In this document: one piece after another, positions 48,445 to 60,133 of the stretch
Numbering within the stretch: the stretch's first letter is position 1
How the letters are laid out: each line of letters opens with the position of its first letter
NCBI RefSeq assembly: GCF_006345805.1
Contig: NC_043024.1
Span: 11,780,001 to 11,844,000, forward strand
Direction: 5' to 3'
Origin: Octopus sinensis
Lineage: Eukaryota
Length of the DNA stretch: 64,000 nt
Notes under the pieces: generated by a model
The model's input: only the letters and a program-made list of their open reading frames with translations
Told to the model about the DNA's origin: nothing
The model's database searches: none
Program-made: the position numbers and the translations under genes

Positions 48445-48842
48445 TCTTTTACTTGTTTCAGTCATCTGACTGCGGCCATGCTCGAGCACCGCCTTTAATC
48501 GAGCAACTCGACCCCGGAACTTATTCTTTTGTAAGCCCAGTACTCATTCTATCGGTCTCTTTTGCCGAACCGCTAAGTAACGGAAACATAAACACACCAG
48601 CATCGGTTGTCAAGCAATGCTAGGGGGACAAACACAGACACACAAACACACACACACGCATATATATATATACATATATACGACGGGCTTCTTTCAGTTT
48701 CCGTCTACCAAATCCACTCACAAGGCTTTGGTCAGCCCAACGCTATAGTAGAAGACACTTGCCCAAAGTGCCACGCAGTGGGACTGAACCCGGGACCATG
48801 TGGTTGGTAAACAAGCTACTTACCACACAGCCACTCCTGCGT
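48445..48842 (-). mobile_element. SINE family B
   Basis: Full reverse copy. Confidence 0.88.
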
Positions 48843-49128
48843 CTGTTAATGAAACAGTCGTAGGTATTAGTTAGTTTCATGTTTTTTTAAGCTCTTTTAT
48901 TTGTTTCAGTCATTTGCCTGCGGCCACGCTGAAGCACCGCCGGGACTTATTCTTTGTAATTCTCGTACTTTTTCTATCGGTTTCTTTTGCTGAACCGCTA
49001 AGTTACAGGGACGTAAACATCGACGCTTCCTGTCGGCCTTGACACATTTCCTGTGTCCTTATATATTTACGAACGGGAGACAAATACCCCCAACAGCTAG
49101 GCCTGCATCTAGAGACATGCCTTGCTAC

Positions 49129-49175
49129 TCTAGACTGATGATGGGCAAAGACCCTGAAACATGCGTGTCTCTAGA
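49129..49175 (+). ncRNA. Type I hammerhead ribozyme motif, copy 1
   Basis: tctaga-CTGATGA-t-GGG-caaaga-CCC-t-GAA-ACA-tgcg-TGT-C-tctaga. Confidence 0.7.
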
Positions 49176-49251
49176 TGCAAGCCTAGCGGTTGGGGGTGTT
49201 TGTCTCCCCTTCGTAAATATATAAGGACACTCTAGAGACATGCCTTGCTAC

Positions 49252-49297
49252 TCTAGACTGATGATGGGCAAGACCCTGAAACATGCATGTCTCTAGA
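49252..49297 (+). ncRNA. Type I hammerhead ribozyme motif, copy 2
   Basis: tctaga-CTGATGA-t-GGG-caaga-CCC-t-GAA-ACA-tgca-TGT-C-tctaga: palindromic stem III, GUC site. Confidence 0.72.
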
Positions 49298-49606
49298 TGC
49301 AAGCCTAGCTGTTGGGGGTGTTTGTCTCCCCTTCGTAAATATATAAGGACACAGGAAATGTGTCAAGGTCGACAGGAAGCGTCGATGCTTCCTAGGGCTA
49401 AATAGCGGTGGTGTAATTCCCTTACGGGACTGTCACGTTAAGTTGACAGTATACAACCACTCTATTATTATATCAGACTATGGATAATGAAGTCTACTCT
49501 GCTTTGTTGTGTCATTCAAGACACGTTACATTTTACAAACAGTACACAATGCTTCAAGCGAACTACAATACTCTCCTATATTTTACTTATTTTAATTTAG
49601 GTAATA

Positions 49607-49905
49607 CTAGCAGTATCGCTCGGCGTTGCTCGGGTTTGTAAGGGAAAAAACTATATAAGCATTTTTAGAGAGTTACTTCCCTTATATAATAGCAAAGAAA
49701 TGCATTAAAAATGGGAAAAAATGATGGTAATTTTTTTTTTAAATCGTAGACTCATCGTAGACGCGCGCTAATACCCAGAAGGGCTCGATATGAATCACGA
49801 CTATACGATACCCGATTTTGGTTAAACTGCGCCGCAAAATGTGGGAGTAGTTAGGAATCTAAATCGTAGGAGACAGACACGCAACTTGACTTTTATATAT
49901 AAAGA
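49607..49905 (-). mobile_element. Complete non-autonomous Helitron (299 bp)
   Basis: A|TC at 49905, hairpin, CTAG|T at 49607. Confidence 0.9.
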
Positions 49906-49926
49906 TTTGCTTTTTTTGTCTTTCAG

Positions 49927-49998
49927 AGATTTGAGCGAAAGTCAAATAAAAGAAATTGAAGATGGCGCTTTTTTATTCCTCCCCAAAATAACTGAGAT
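49927..49998 (+). CDS. Coding exon 6: LRR cassette (72 nt)
   Basis: tttttttgtctttcAG; DLSESQIKEIEDGAFLFLPKITE(I); GTAAGT. Confidence 0.92.
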
Positions 49999-50468
49999 GT
50001 AAGTAGAACAAAGTTCTTTGTCTATTGGAAATTTAAGTTTACTTACTCTTACTCTTTTACTCTTTTACTTGTTTCAGTCATTTGACTGCGGCCATGCTGG
50101 AGCACCACCTTTAATCGAGCAACTCGACCCCGGGACTCAGTCTTTTGTAAGCCCAGTACTTATTCGATCGGTCTCTTTTGCCGAACCGTTAGGTGACGGG
50201 GACGTGAACACACCAGGATCGGTTGTCAAGCAATGCTAGGGGGACAAACACAGACACACAAACACACACACCCATATGTGACCTCGTGTGTACCGTTGGC
50301 GATTTTTTTCCCTCTGTCTTCCCTTCTCTGGATCTTTCCTTCTCCTATGTTTCCGACGAAGAGCTCTGCTCGAAACATTAAACCCTCCTTCTTTCCTGAG
50401 CGTCCAATAATACTATATTTGTTCCACGTCCTCGCGTTGTTGTGTTTTTTTGTGTTTTCTTGTTTGGA

Positions 50469-50500
<32 letters not shown>

Positions 50501-50748
50501 CGACGGGATTCTTTCAGTTTCCGTCTACCAAATCCACTCACAAGGCTTTGGTCGGCCCCAGGCTATAGTAGAAGACACTTGCCCAAGCTGCCACGCAGTG
50601 GGACTGAACCCGGAACCATGTGGTTGGTAAACAAACTACTTACCACATGTCTACTGAAATTAAATAATCACTGTTTCTTATCAAATCAAACAAAAGTTCC
50701 TCCGTTGCTCAGCAGCAAATTCATTTAGAATTCTCATTGTATTTACAG

Positions 50749-50927
50749 TGACCTCAGGTCAAATAGCAATATGGTGTGTGGATGTCACCTACCAGCGTTG
50801 GTAAACTATACAAAGAAAGCATTCGCAAGACATCTGGTAGTTTCAGGAATATGTTATGCACAAATTGAAATTGGTCATCATAGTCAAGGAGATCCTTGGG
50901 ACATATCACAATATACGTATTGTTCAC
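50749..50927 (+). CDS. Coding exon 7: last LRR strand plus LRRCT (phase 2-1)
   Basis: ttgtatttacAG; DLRSNSNMVCGCHLPALVNY...SGICY...WDISQYTYCS; donor GTTAGT. Confidence 0.87.
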
Positions 50928-51039
50928 GTTAGTAAAATTTTCTTTGGTTCTGTTGTTACTCTATAGGTACCACTAACAAAACTCCAGGGTATTCTCTGCT
51001 GTTCACATTATGATGATATACATATATATGCATTCATGC

Positions 51040-51670
51040 CTACCTACCTACCCACCCACCTACCAACCTACCAACCTACCTACCTACCTACCTACCTACC
51101 TACCTACATACTTACCTACCTACCTACCTACCTACCTACCTACCTACCTACCTACCTACTTACATACCTACCTACCAACCCTACCTACCTACCTACTTAC
51201 ATACCTACCTACCTACTTACATACCTACCTACCAACCCTACCTACCTACCTACCTACCTACCTACCTACCTTGCTACATACCTATCTACCTATCTACCTA
51301 TCTACCTACATACCTACCTACCTACCTACCTACCAACCTACCTACCTACCTACCTACCTACCTACCTACCTACCTACCTACCTACCTACATACCTAGCTA
51401 CCTATCTACCTATCTACCTACATACCTACCTACCCATCTACATGCTTACCTACCCACCTACATACCTACCTACCTACCTACATACATACATACATACATA
51501 CATACCTGGCTACCTATCTACTTAGTTAGCTAGCTAGCTAGCTACCCACCTATCTACGTACCTACCTACCTACATATCTACCTACGTACCTACCTACCTA
51601 CATATCTCCCTACGTACGTACGTACGTACCTACCTACCTACCTATCGTCCTACATACCTACCTAGCTACT
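51040..51670. repeat. (CTAC)n microsatellite
   Basis: Direct reading. Confidence 0.95.
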
Positions 51671-51674
51671 TACC

Positions 51675-53175
51675 TGGCTTTGACGGGAGCCATCATCAAC
51701 AAAAAATGGTGGTTTGCCCTCAAGAGAGCAGTAAAAGCAGAAGCGCTTAGGTACAGCAAAGCACTAGCCATAGATAGAAATAGAGTAGAGGGTGAGCTAG
51801 TTAAGAAGCTAGAAGAGGCAATTAGAAGCGGCATCGCATCCGACGTTTTGGCAGCGAGGTTGGCCCTCGACCAACACTTCAACGCCAAACACGAAGGGTG
51901 TGTTTTCAGAGCAAGGATGCGTGCTCTAAGGAACGAAAGTGTTAGAGCCGCGCGAGAGGCCCGGGTGGCAGAGGCGCAACAGGGCAACAAAGCCACCATT
52001 CGGTCTCTGGTAGATGAACAGGGGCGCGAATTGCTCGAACCAACCAAAATGTATGAGGCCTTTCAACAGCATTTTTTCCGACTGTTCAGGACGAGTGGCT
52101 GGCAAGAACGTAGGGTGGATTTCAGTGCCTCCACGATTACACAGCCTACCACGACTCTCGACAAGAGAGGCATGGCGTTGCGAAGGTGCCATCACGGCGT
52201 CGGAAGTGAGGGACGCGATGGCAGGATGTCGAGGGACAAATCGCCGGGTTTGGATGGTCTACCCCGCGAGCTTTAGACTTGTTTGGCGGCGTCAGCAAAA
52301 CTGGTAAGAAAACGGGAGCATTCCTGGTTTTGTGAGCCGAGGAGCCGTAACACTGCTGAAGAAAGATCTAAACAAGGGGGATGTAATAGATAACTTTAGG
52401 CCCATCACTCTGCTTAATGCAGACTTCAAAATTTTGGCCAAGGTGTTAGCTAAGAGGCAGGCACTTGTCATCGAGAAACTGGTCGACAAGGCGCAAACGT
52501 GCGCCGTGCCGGGCCGGAGCATCCATGACAATCTCCACCTGATGCGCTACATCATAGACAGGGTAGTTAAGGAACATGGCATGGGTGGGGCGCTGATCAA
52601 TTTGGATCGATCGAAAGCTTTCGATAGGGTAGACCATCGATACTTGGAGGCTGTCCTCAGAGCGGCTGGTTTCGGTCCCGTCTTCCGCGGCTGGATAGAG
52701 AGGAGACATCCCTGACGGACCGAACGTACGATGTCGAAAGGTCTCGATAGATGTCCATTTACGCGATGTCCATTTACGCGAATTACAGAGGTATCTGCTT
52801 GGTAATTCGCGTAAATGGACATCTATCGAGACCTTTCGACATCGTACGTTCGGTCCGTCAGGGATGCCTCCTCTCGTCGCTTCTATACGTATTGACACTC
52901 GAGCCATTATTGCGGAAGCTGGCAACTCTGCATACGCGGACGACGTCACCGTCGTAGTGTCTAGCTACGAGCACATCGAGCTCGTCGGCGAGACACTGAA
53001 AGCCTACGAAGCGGTGACAGGAGCGAAAATCAATCGGGAAAAATCAGTGGCCTGCGACTCGGCACCTGGAGAAGCAAGCCCATGCCATCCACCAGCGCCT
53101 CCGTCATGGGACGCTGGACCGACGGTCCGGTCGAGTTGCTCGGGGTCTGATTTGGTCCGGACCTCAAAATGGACA
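51675..53175 (+). mobile_element. L1/Tx1-clade LINE reverse transcriptase pseudogene
   Basis: KSPGLDGLP..., NFRPITLLNADFKILAKVLA..., NLDRSKAFDRVDH, VRQGCLLSSLLY, YADDVT...GAKINREKS, with frameshifts. Confidence 0.92.
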
Positions 53176-53176
53176 A

Positions 53177-53523
53177 AAATTGGAATTTTTGAAAAGTAAA
53201 AATTTTGCATTATGTAGCTTGTTATTCTCTTTAAGTGAACATTTTCCTGGTTGAAATGCACAGAAAAATGGCGACACAGCAGTCAAAAAATCGTAAAAAA
53301 ATAGGGATTTTCATAGAAAAAAAGCACCTTTTGATGTAAATAATTTTTGGTGTTAACATGGTCCGATTTGAAGTTTTTCTTCTACGGAATAAAGAACAAG
53401 CCTTCTTCTATTAAACTCTCAATTTTGGTCAACTTGCGCCGCAGGGTCTCGGAGGAGATAGTGTTAGTTGAAGGCTACCAAACCTGCCATACACAGACAA
53501 CTTCAGCTTTATATAGAGAGAGA
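53177..53523 (-). mobile_element. Helitron, 3'-truncated copy of the 393-bp family
   Basis: Matches the 26.6-27.7 kb units; A|TC at 53523. Confidence 0.85.
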
Positions 53524-53643
53524 TGTATAATATTATTGAGTTCAACGCTAACACGTATGCTTTTACATTACATCATAAAGTAAATTTTTGTTGTTATTGC
53601 TACATTTGATTCCTAATCATAGATATATTCTTATATTCTATAG

Positions 53644-53735
53644 ATTACACCTTATTTCAACCGGCTTTGAAGTGCCAATCATGTGAGGGGTCCATATGCA
53701 ATGATTCGGCCGTGACAAGCTGTCCAGGATATAAG
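53644..53735 (+). CDS. Coding exon 8: N-terminal part of the Ly6/uPAR-like domain (phase 1-0)
   Basis: ttatattctatAG; (H)YTLFQPALKCQSCEGSICNDSAVTSCPGYK; AAG|GTAAAC. Confidence 0.87.
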
Positions 53736-54072
53736 GTAAACTGAAAAGTTATTTTCTTCCTTTCCATTATAAAATACCCATCCGTGGCCGTCACTAACAA
53801 GCCGGTATGGCCAAGTAACTTGAACCGTGCTTCCGCTAATTGTTCTATGTGCCTATGTAGCCGCAAGTAAACACAGACGTATTCACGGTCTTCCTCAGGT
53901 TGTGAGGAAATAGGGCCGACTAGTACTCGGCTAATACTTATTTACGCACTGGGGTCGATATAATCGACTTAATCCGTTTGTCTGTCCTTGTTTGTCCCCT
54001 CTATGTTTAGCCCCTTGTGGGTAGTAAAGAAATAGGTATTTCGTCTGCCGTTACATAGAAAATTATTATTGT

Positions 54073-54132
<60 letters not shown>

Positions 54133-54191
54133 ATTATTATTATCCTCCTCCTCCTCCTTCTCCTCATTATTATTGTTGTTGTTGTTGTGTT

Positions 54192-54222
<31 letters not shown>

Positions 54223-54264
54223 CGGCATGACATTTATTAACTTTTTTTATATTTATTGTTATAG

Positions 54265-54448
54265 CCTATGTGTATGACGAATGTGTCAATAACTGATGAT
54301 ACGCAGAAGGTTGTGGGGTCCTGTCGTACATACAAAGAATGTATCGAAACCGAGGTGAACACACGGAAAACATGCCAATCATGGGCTGATGGTACAGATT
54401 GTGTTTCTTGTTGCTCCGGAAGTTTATGCAACAAGCATTACTTTGATG
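54265..54448 (+). CDS. Coding exon 9: remainder of the Ly6/uPAR-like domain (phase 0-1)
   Basis: tttattgttatAG; PMCMTN...GSC...EC...TC...DCVSCCSGSLCNKHYFD; G|GTGAGT. Confidence 0.9.
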
Positions 54449-54480
54449 GTGAGTGTTATTCGTTCCCTTATGAATCTAGA

Positions 54481-55388
54481 GTGTGGAGGCGCAATGGCCC
54501 AGTGGTTAGGGCAGCGGACTCGCGGTCATAGGATCGCGGTTTCGATTCCCAGACCGGGCGTTGTGAGTGTTTATTGAGCGAAAACACCTAAAAAGCTCCA
54601 CGGGGCTCCGGCAGGGGATGGTGGTGATCCCTGCTGTACTCTTTCACCTCAACTTTCTCTCACTCTTACTTCCTGTTTCTGTTGTACCTGTATTTCAAGG
54701 GGCCGGCCTTGTCACTCTCTGTGTCACGTTGAATATCCCCGAGAACTACGTTAAGGGTGCACGTGTCTGTGGAGTGCTCAGCCACTTACACGCTAATTTC
54801 ACGAGCAGGCTGTTCCGTTGAATCGGATCAACCGGAACCCTCGTCGTCGTAACCGACGGAGTGCTCCTGCAGGGGGTGGTGGTGATCCCTGCTGTACTCT
54901 TTCACCACAACTTTCTCTCACTCTTACTTCCTGTTTCTGTTGTACCTGTATTTCAAAGGGGCCGGCCTTGTCACTCTCTGTGTCACGCTGAATATCCCCG
55001 AGAACTACGTTAAGGGTGCACGTGTCTGTGGAATGCTCAGCCACTTACACGTTAATTTCACGAGCAGGCTGTTCCGTTGATTCGGATCAACCGGAACCCT
55101 CGTTGTCGTAACCGACGGAGTGCTCCTGCAGGGGGTGGTGGTGATCCCTGCTGTACTCTTTCACCACAACTTTCTCTCACTCTTACTTCCCGTTTCTGTT
55201 GTACCTGTATTTCAAAGGGGCCGGCCTTGTCACTCTGTGTGTCACGCTGAATATCCCCGAGAACTACGTTAAGGGTGCACGTGTCTGTAGAGTGCTCAGC
55301 CACTTACACGTTAATTTCACGAGCAGGCTGTTCCGTTGATTCGGATCAACTGGAGTGCTCATCGTCGTAACCGACGGAGTGCTTCCAC
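54481..55388 (+). mobile_element. SINE family C trimer with 11-bp TSD
   Basis: atgaatctaga at 54470-54480 and 55389-55399; 259-bp body period. Confidence 0.92.
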
Positions 55389-55792
55389 ATGAATCTAGAC
55401 ATGGTTTATGATGACTTGTAATCTACTATTTAATACGAACGGTGAAGAATAGATTTTGTATAAGGAGATACTTTACCGTAATTATACCTTGTATCTTTTA
55501 GTCGTTTCAGTCATTTGACTGTGGCCATGCTGGGGCACCACCTTCGGGAATTTATCTTCGAATGAATCAACCCCAGTGCTTATTATTTTAAACATTGTAC
55601 TTATTCTATTGGTCTGTTTCGCCGAACCTCTAAGTTACGGGGACGTAAAAACGCCAACATCGGTTGTCAACGTGTGGTGATGGTGGGACAAGCACAGACA
55701 CAAAGACACACACACACCTGCATACATACGTAGACATACATACTCACACAATACATATATATACATGCATACATACGTACATACATACATGC

Positions 55793-55826
<34 letters not shown>

Positions 55827-55834
55827 TTATTTAT

Positions 55835-55867
<33 letters not shown>

Positions 55868-56692
55868 AATATATATAAATCAAAAAACGGAATAAGAACG
55901 TAACGAACGACACTAAAAACATATGGACAGATAGACGATACAAAAACGGACAAGGAAAAACTGGACGGATCATTCGTGGCCTGTTATTCATCAGTCAAGC
56001 TTCTAATTATCACTACAGTTTCGGCCTGTTGCACTTGAGACTGCTCAAAATTGGTTGGCCCCCAAAAGTCTAAGCTAAGAGCATTAAATGTTTGGAAGAA
56101 AAAATGCGAACGTGTACAACAACATAGACAAAACACAAAAACAAGAAAACGTAGAAAATGTTACACAATTACAAATACAAAGAAGAAGAGGATAACAACA
56201 GGTGTCTTTCGATTAATAAGGACAAGTTAAGGTGTGCTGAGGTGTGGAGTGAAAGTCTGGATGCACAAGCAAAGAGGACGGTCAGGAGACAGGAAAATAA
56301 GGTATTGTACGGGCGGCGGGCGGGTTGAGAAAGAAAGATCATGCTTGGCCGAACACCGGTCACGTGGAAGGAACAGGGAGCAGTAGGGAGCGGAGGGATT
56401 GAAGAATTAGGGGACGATCTTCTTTCGGTTTCCGTGTATCAAATCCAGTCACAAGTCTTCAGTCGGCCCCAGACGCTATAGAAGAAGACACTCGCTCAAG
56501 GTGCCATGCACTGGGACTGAACCCGGAATGATGTGGTTGGGAAGCAGCTTTCTACCACACAGTCCGAGCTGGCAGAAACGTTAGCACGCCGGGCGAAATG
56601 CGCAAGATAACGATTGGGTTGATAGAATCAACTAAACCCCGTCCCCTGAACTTACTTGACTTACACCAAAATTTCAAATCAATATTTTTCAG

Positions 56693-56803
56693 GTCGGAAA
56701 TGTGTTTATAAAACTATTCTCTTGGAGACTGGACAAACGTTTGAAAAGAGCGGTAGCCAATGCGAATGCCAAGAGAACGGAAATATTATCTGCTATCCTA
56801 AGC
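56693..56803 (+). CDS. Coding exon 10: 4-Cys FN1/VWC-like module (phase 1-1)
   Basis: aatatttttcAG; (G)RKCVYKTILLETGQTFEKSGSQCECQENGNIICYPK; GTAAGT. Confidence 0.88.
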
Positions 56804-56954
56804 GTAAGTTTGTTTATTCAATCAGTATTTCTTATATAAACGAGGCTACGATTATTCTATTTTGTGTGACATAATGGATTCCTTATCACTGCTACGGAGT
56901 TTTATTAATTGCTATTTATATAAACGAAGCTACGATTATTCTCTTTTGTGTTTA

Positions 56955-58165
56955 GGCGGCAAGCTAGCAGAGACGTTAACACGCCGGGCGAAATGCGTAG
57001 CCGTATTTCGTCTGCCCCTACATTCTGAGTTCAAATTCCACCGAGGTCGACTTTGCCTTTCATCCTTTCGGGGTCGATTAAATAAGTACCAGTAAATCAC
57101 TGGGGTCGATATAATCGACTTAATCCCCTTGTCTGTCCTTGTTTGTCCCCTCTGTGTTTAGCCCCCTGTGGGTAGTAAAGAAATAGGTATTTCGTCTGCC
57201 GCTACGTTCTGAGTTCAAATTCCGCCGAGGTCAACTTTGCCTTTCATCCTTTCGGGGTCGATTAAATAAGTACCAGTTACGCACCGGGATCGATATAATC
57301 GACTGAATCCCCTTGTCTGTCCTTGTTTGTCCCCTCTGTGTTTGGCCCCCTGTGGGCAATAAAGAAATAAATACTTAAATGAGTACAATAGTAGTTGGTG
57401 CAAGACAAGAATCAATAACTTTATGGGGACTTTTAAAAAGATCAAATTTAATCCCGGAATATCCCAAGCCCAATGCTTGATGTATGTATTATGGCTTGAT
57501 CCCATTTTAACAAAGTTTAAACTCACACACAAATATAGTATTTGGATGGGTAGCTTCATATTTCAGATTTCTTTATTGCCCACAAGGGGCTAAACACAGA
57601 GGAGACAGACAAGGACAGACAAACGGATTAAGTCGATTATATCGACCCCAGTGCGTAACTGGTACTTAATTTATCGAACCCGAAAGGATGAAAGGCAAAG
57701 TCGACCTCGGCGGAATTTGAACTCAGAACATAACGGCAGATGAAATACCTATTTCTTTATTATCCAAAAGGGGATAAACATAGAGGGGACAAACATGGAC
57801 AGACATGGGTATTAAGTCGATTATATCGACCCCAGTGCGTAACTGGTACTTAATTTATCGACCCCGAAAGGATGAAAGGCAAAGTCGACCTCGGCGGAAT
57901 TTGAACTCAGAACGTAGCAGCAGACGAAATTCCTGTTTCTTTACTACCCACAAGGGGCTAAACACAGAGGGGACAAAGAAGGACAGACAAACGGATTAAG
58001 TCGATTACATCGATCAGTGCGCAACTGGTGCTTAATTTATTGACCCCGAAAGGATGAAAGGCAAAGTCCACCTCGGCGGAATTTGAACTCACAACGTAAC
58101 GACAGACGAAATACCGCTAAGCATTTCATCCGGCGTGCTAAGGTTTCTGCCACCTCGCCGCCTTG
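56955..58165. mobile_element. Two SINE family A multimers, convergent (56955-57380 +, 57570-58165 -)
   Basis: Standard heads and 184-bp bodies. Confidence 0.85.
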
Positions 58166-58544
58166 ATGGGTAGCTTGGTTGGATCTCGGTCAGTTTCGAC
58201 GTTGTGGCTTCACTTGATCAAATGATTTAACTGCCCATTCAATTAGCGTGAATAGGCTGAGAGCCCCACAGGCACTTGTACTTTTAAAACAATTCTCTGA
58301 CAGAAACAATGAGACACAATACATGGTGAAGTTGTAGCTTTGAAGTATGAATGTAATAGGTTGTAGTACAGTTTTTGTCAACGCAATCTCATTCTGAGTC
58401 AGTGGATGGAACCAATGCTAGTAAAAAAAAATATGAAAATGATTAAAGTACCCGTCATAAACTGGGGTCGGTAATATTGGCTTACACCCTACACTCCCGA
58501 ATTTGCTGGCCTGGTTTCAGAATTTGAAACCGTTATAATTCTTT

Positions 58545-58943
58545 TATTCTTTTATTTGTTTCAGTCATTTGGCTGCGGCCATGCTGGAGCACCGCTTTTA
58601 GTCGAACAAATCGACCCCGGAACTTATTCTTTGTAAGCCCAGTAATTATTCTATCGGTCTCTTTTGCCGAATCGCTAAGTGACGGGGACGTAAAAACACC
58701 AGGATCGGTTGTCAAGCAATGCTAGGGGGACAAACACAGACACACAAACACACACAAACATATATATATAAACATATATACGACAGGCTTCTTTCAGTTT
58801 CCGTCTACCAAATCCACTCACAAGGCTTTGGTCGGCCCGCGGCTATAGCAGAAGACACTTGCCCAAGATGCACGCAGTGGGACTGAACCCGGAACCATGT
58901 GGTTGGTAAACAAGCTACTTACCACACAGCCACTCCTGCGCCT
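58545..58943 (-). mobile_element. SINE family B
   Basis: Full reverse copy. Confidence 0.88.
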
Positions 58944-58995
58944 ATATATATATATATATATATAATATATATATATAATATATATATATATATAG

Positions 58996-59065
<70 letters not shown>

Positions 59066-59147
59066 ATAATATATATTATATTATATATTATATATATATA
59101 TATATATATATCTATATATAATATATAATATATAATATAGATATATA

Positions 59148-59199
<52 letters not shown>

Positions 59200-59766
59200 A
59201 TATATATATCGATACAATAATTGTTTCTTGTCAGGAACAAAAAAGGTTTAATAGGACTGCATAGAAGTGCTCTATTGGAAGAGACAAAAATATCAAACTA
59301 AAATCATTGAACAAGCAAATACAAAGTCAACCACATGTCATTTCATGATTCGAACATTTAATTATAGAATAAACATATAACCCGCAAGATGGAACAAAAT
59401 TCATGTACAGCACACGTAATAATAATAATATGGTATGGTGCGAGAAAAATTCTTATCATTAAAACTTAGAATTAATATTCTAGTGATTCAAAGAGAATAC
59501 ATTATAAAAGGACGTAGAAAGTAAAATATAATATAAGTAATATATACAAATATATAGGTATATAAAAATATAGGCATATAAAAAAAATATATAAAACATA
59601 TAAATATATATACATATAGGAGCATATAAAGATATAATATATATATATCGTGTAAATGAAGTAAAATAAGGTTCATCGTTTAGAAATCTAATCAGGTAAA
59701 ATAAGCCTTTATATAAGAAGGAAATCATGTTTACTGATATACCTATATATTTTTATATATTACTTA

Positions 59767-60025
59767 CTAGCAGTATCGCCGGCGTTGCTCGGGTTGTAAG
59801 GGAAAACTATATAAGCATTTTTAGAGAGTTATTCCCTTATAGATGCCAATTCGGGCTTTCTTAGCCATTTCTGTTTTGGTGTCTTCAAGCCATGAAGTCG
59901 TTGTTCTAAAAGAACGCTGGTCTCCTTGACAAACGCTTTACGACGTTGATTTCTTTTACACTCCCTTCCCCACAGCTTCACGAGGGAGGGAAGAAGGGGG
60001 AGAAGCAACACAGGTGCAGGTGTGA
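59767..60025 (-). mobile_element. Helitron 3' part (same internal type as 9851-10335)
   Basis: CTAG at 59767-70, hairpin, shared internal sequence. Confidence 0.8.
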
Positions 60026-60094
60026 CCATGTATTTGCTTGTTGACCTTGTATTTGCTTGTTCAAAGATTTTAGTTTGATATATATATATTATAT

Positions 60095-60133
<39 letters not shown>

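Larger units (their letters stand above)
49018..49387. repeat. Inverted repeat (~103-bp arms) enclosing a 123-bp tandem duplication
   Basis: 49018-49120 vs 49285-49387 (4 mismatches by hand); direct repeat starting at 49108 and 49231. Confidence 0.92.

Noticed and set aside
55960-56100. Minus-strand CTGATGA and GAAAC near each other
   Set aside because: The order and flanks do not give complementary stems I-III, and the triplet after stem III would be GUG.
57380-57481. Cys-containing open frame (WCKTRINNFMGTFKK...QCL) before a GTATGT
   Set aside because: Phase 2-2 does not fit between exon 10 (ends phase 1) and exon 11 (starts phase 1), and there is no pyrimidine tract.
59235-59340. Acceptor-like tttcttgtcAG after exon 10
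   Set aside because: The phase-1 frame stops after 4 codons, and the downstream sequence recurs inverted at ~60020-60080, so it is repeat-derived.
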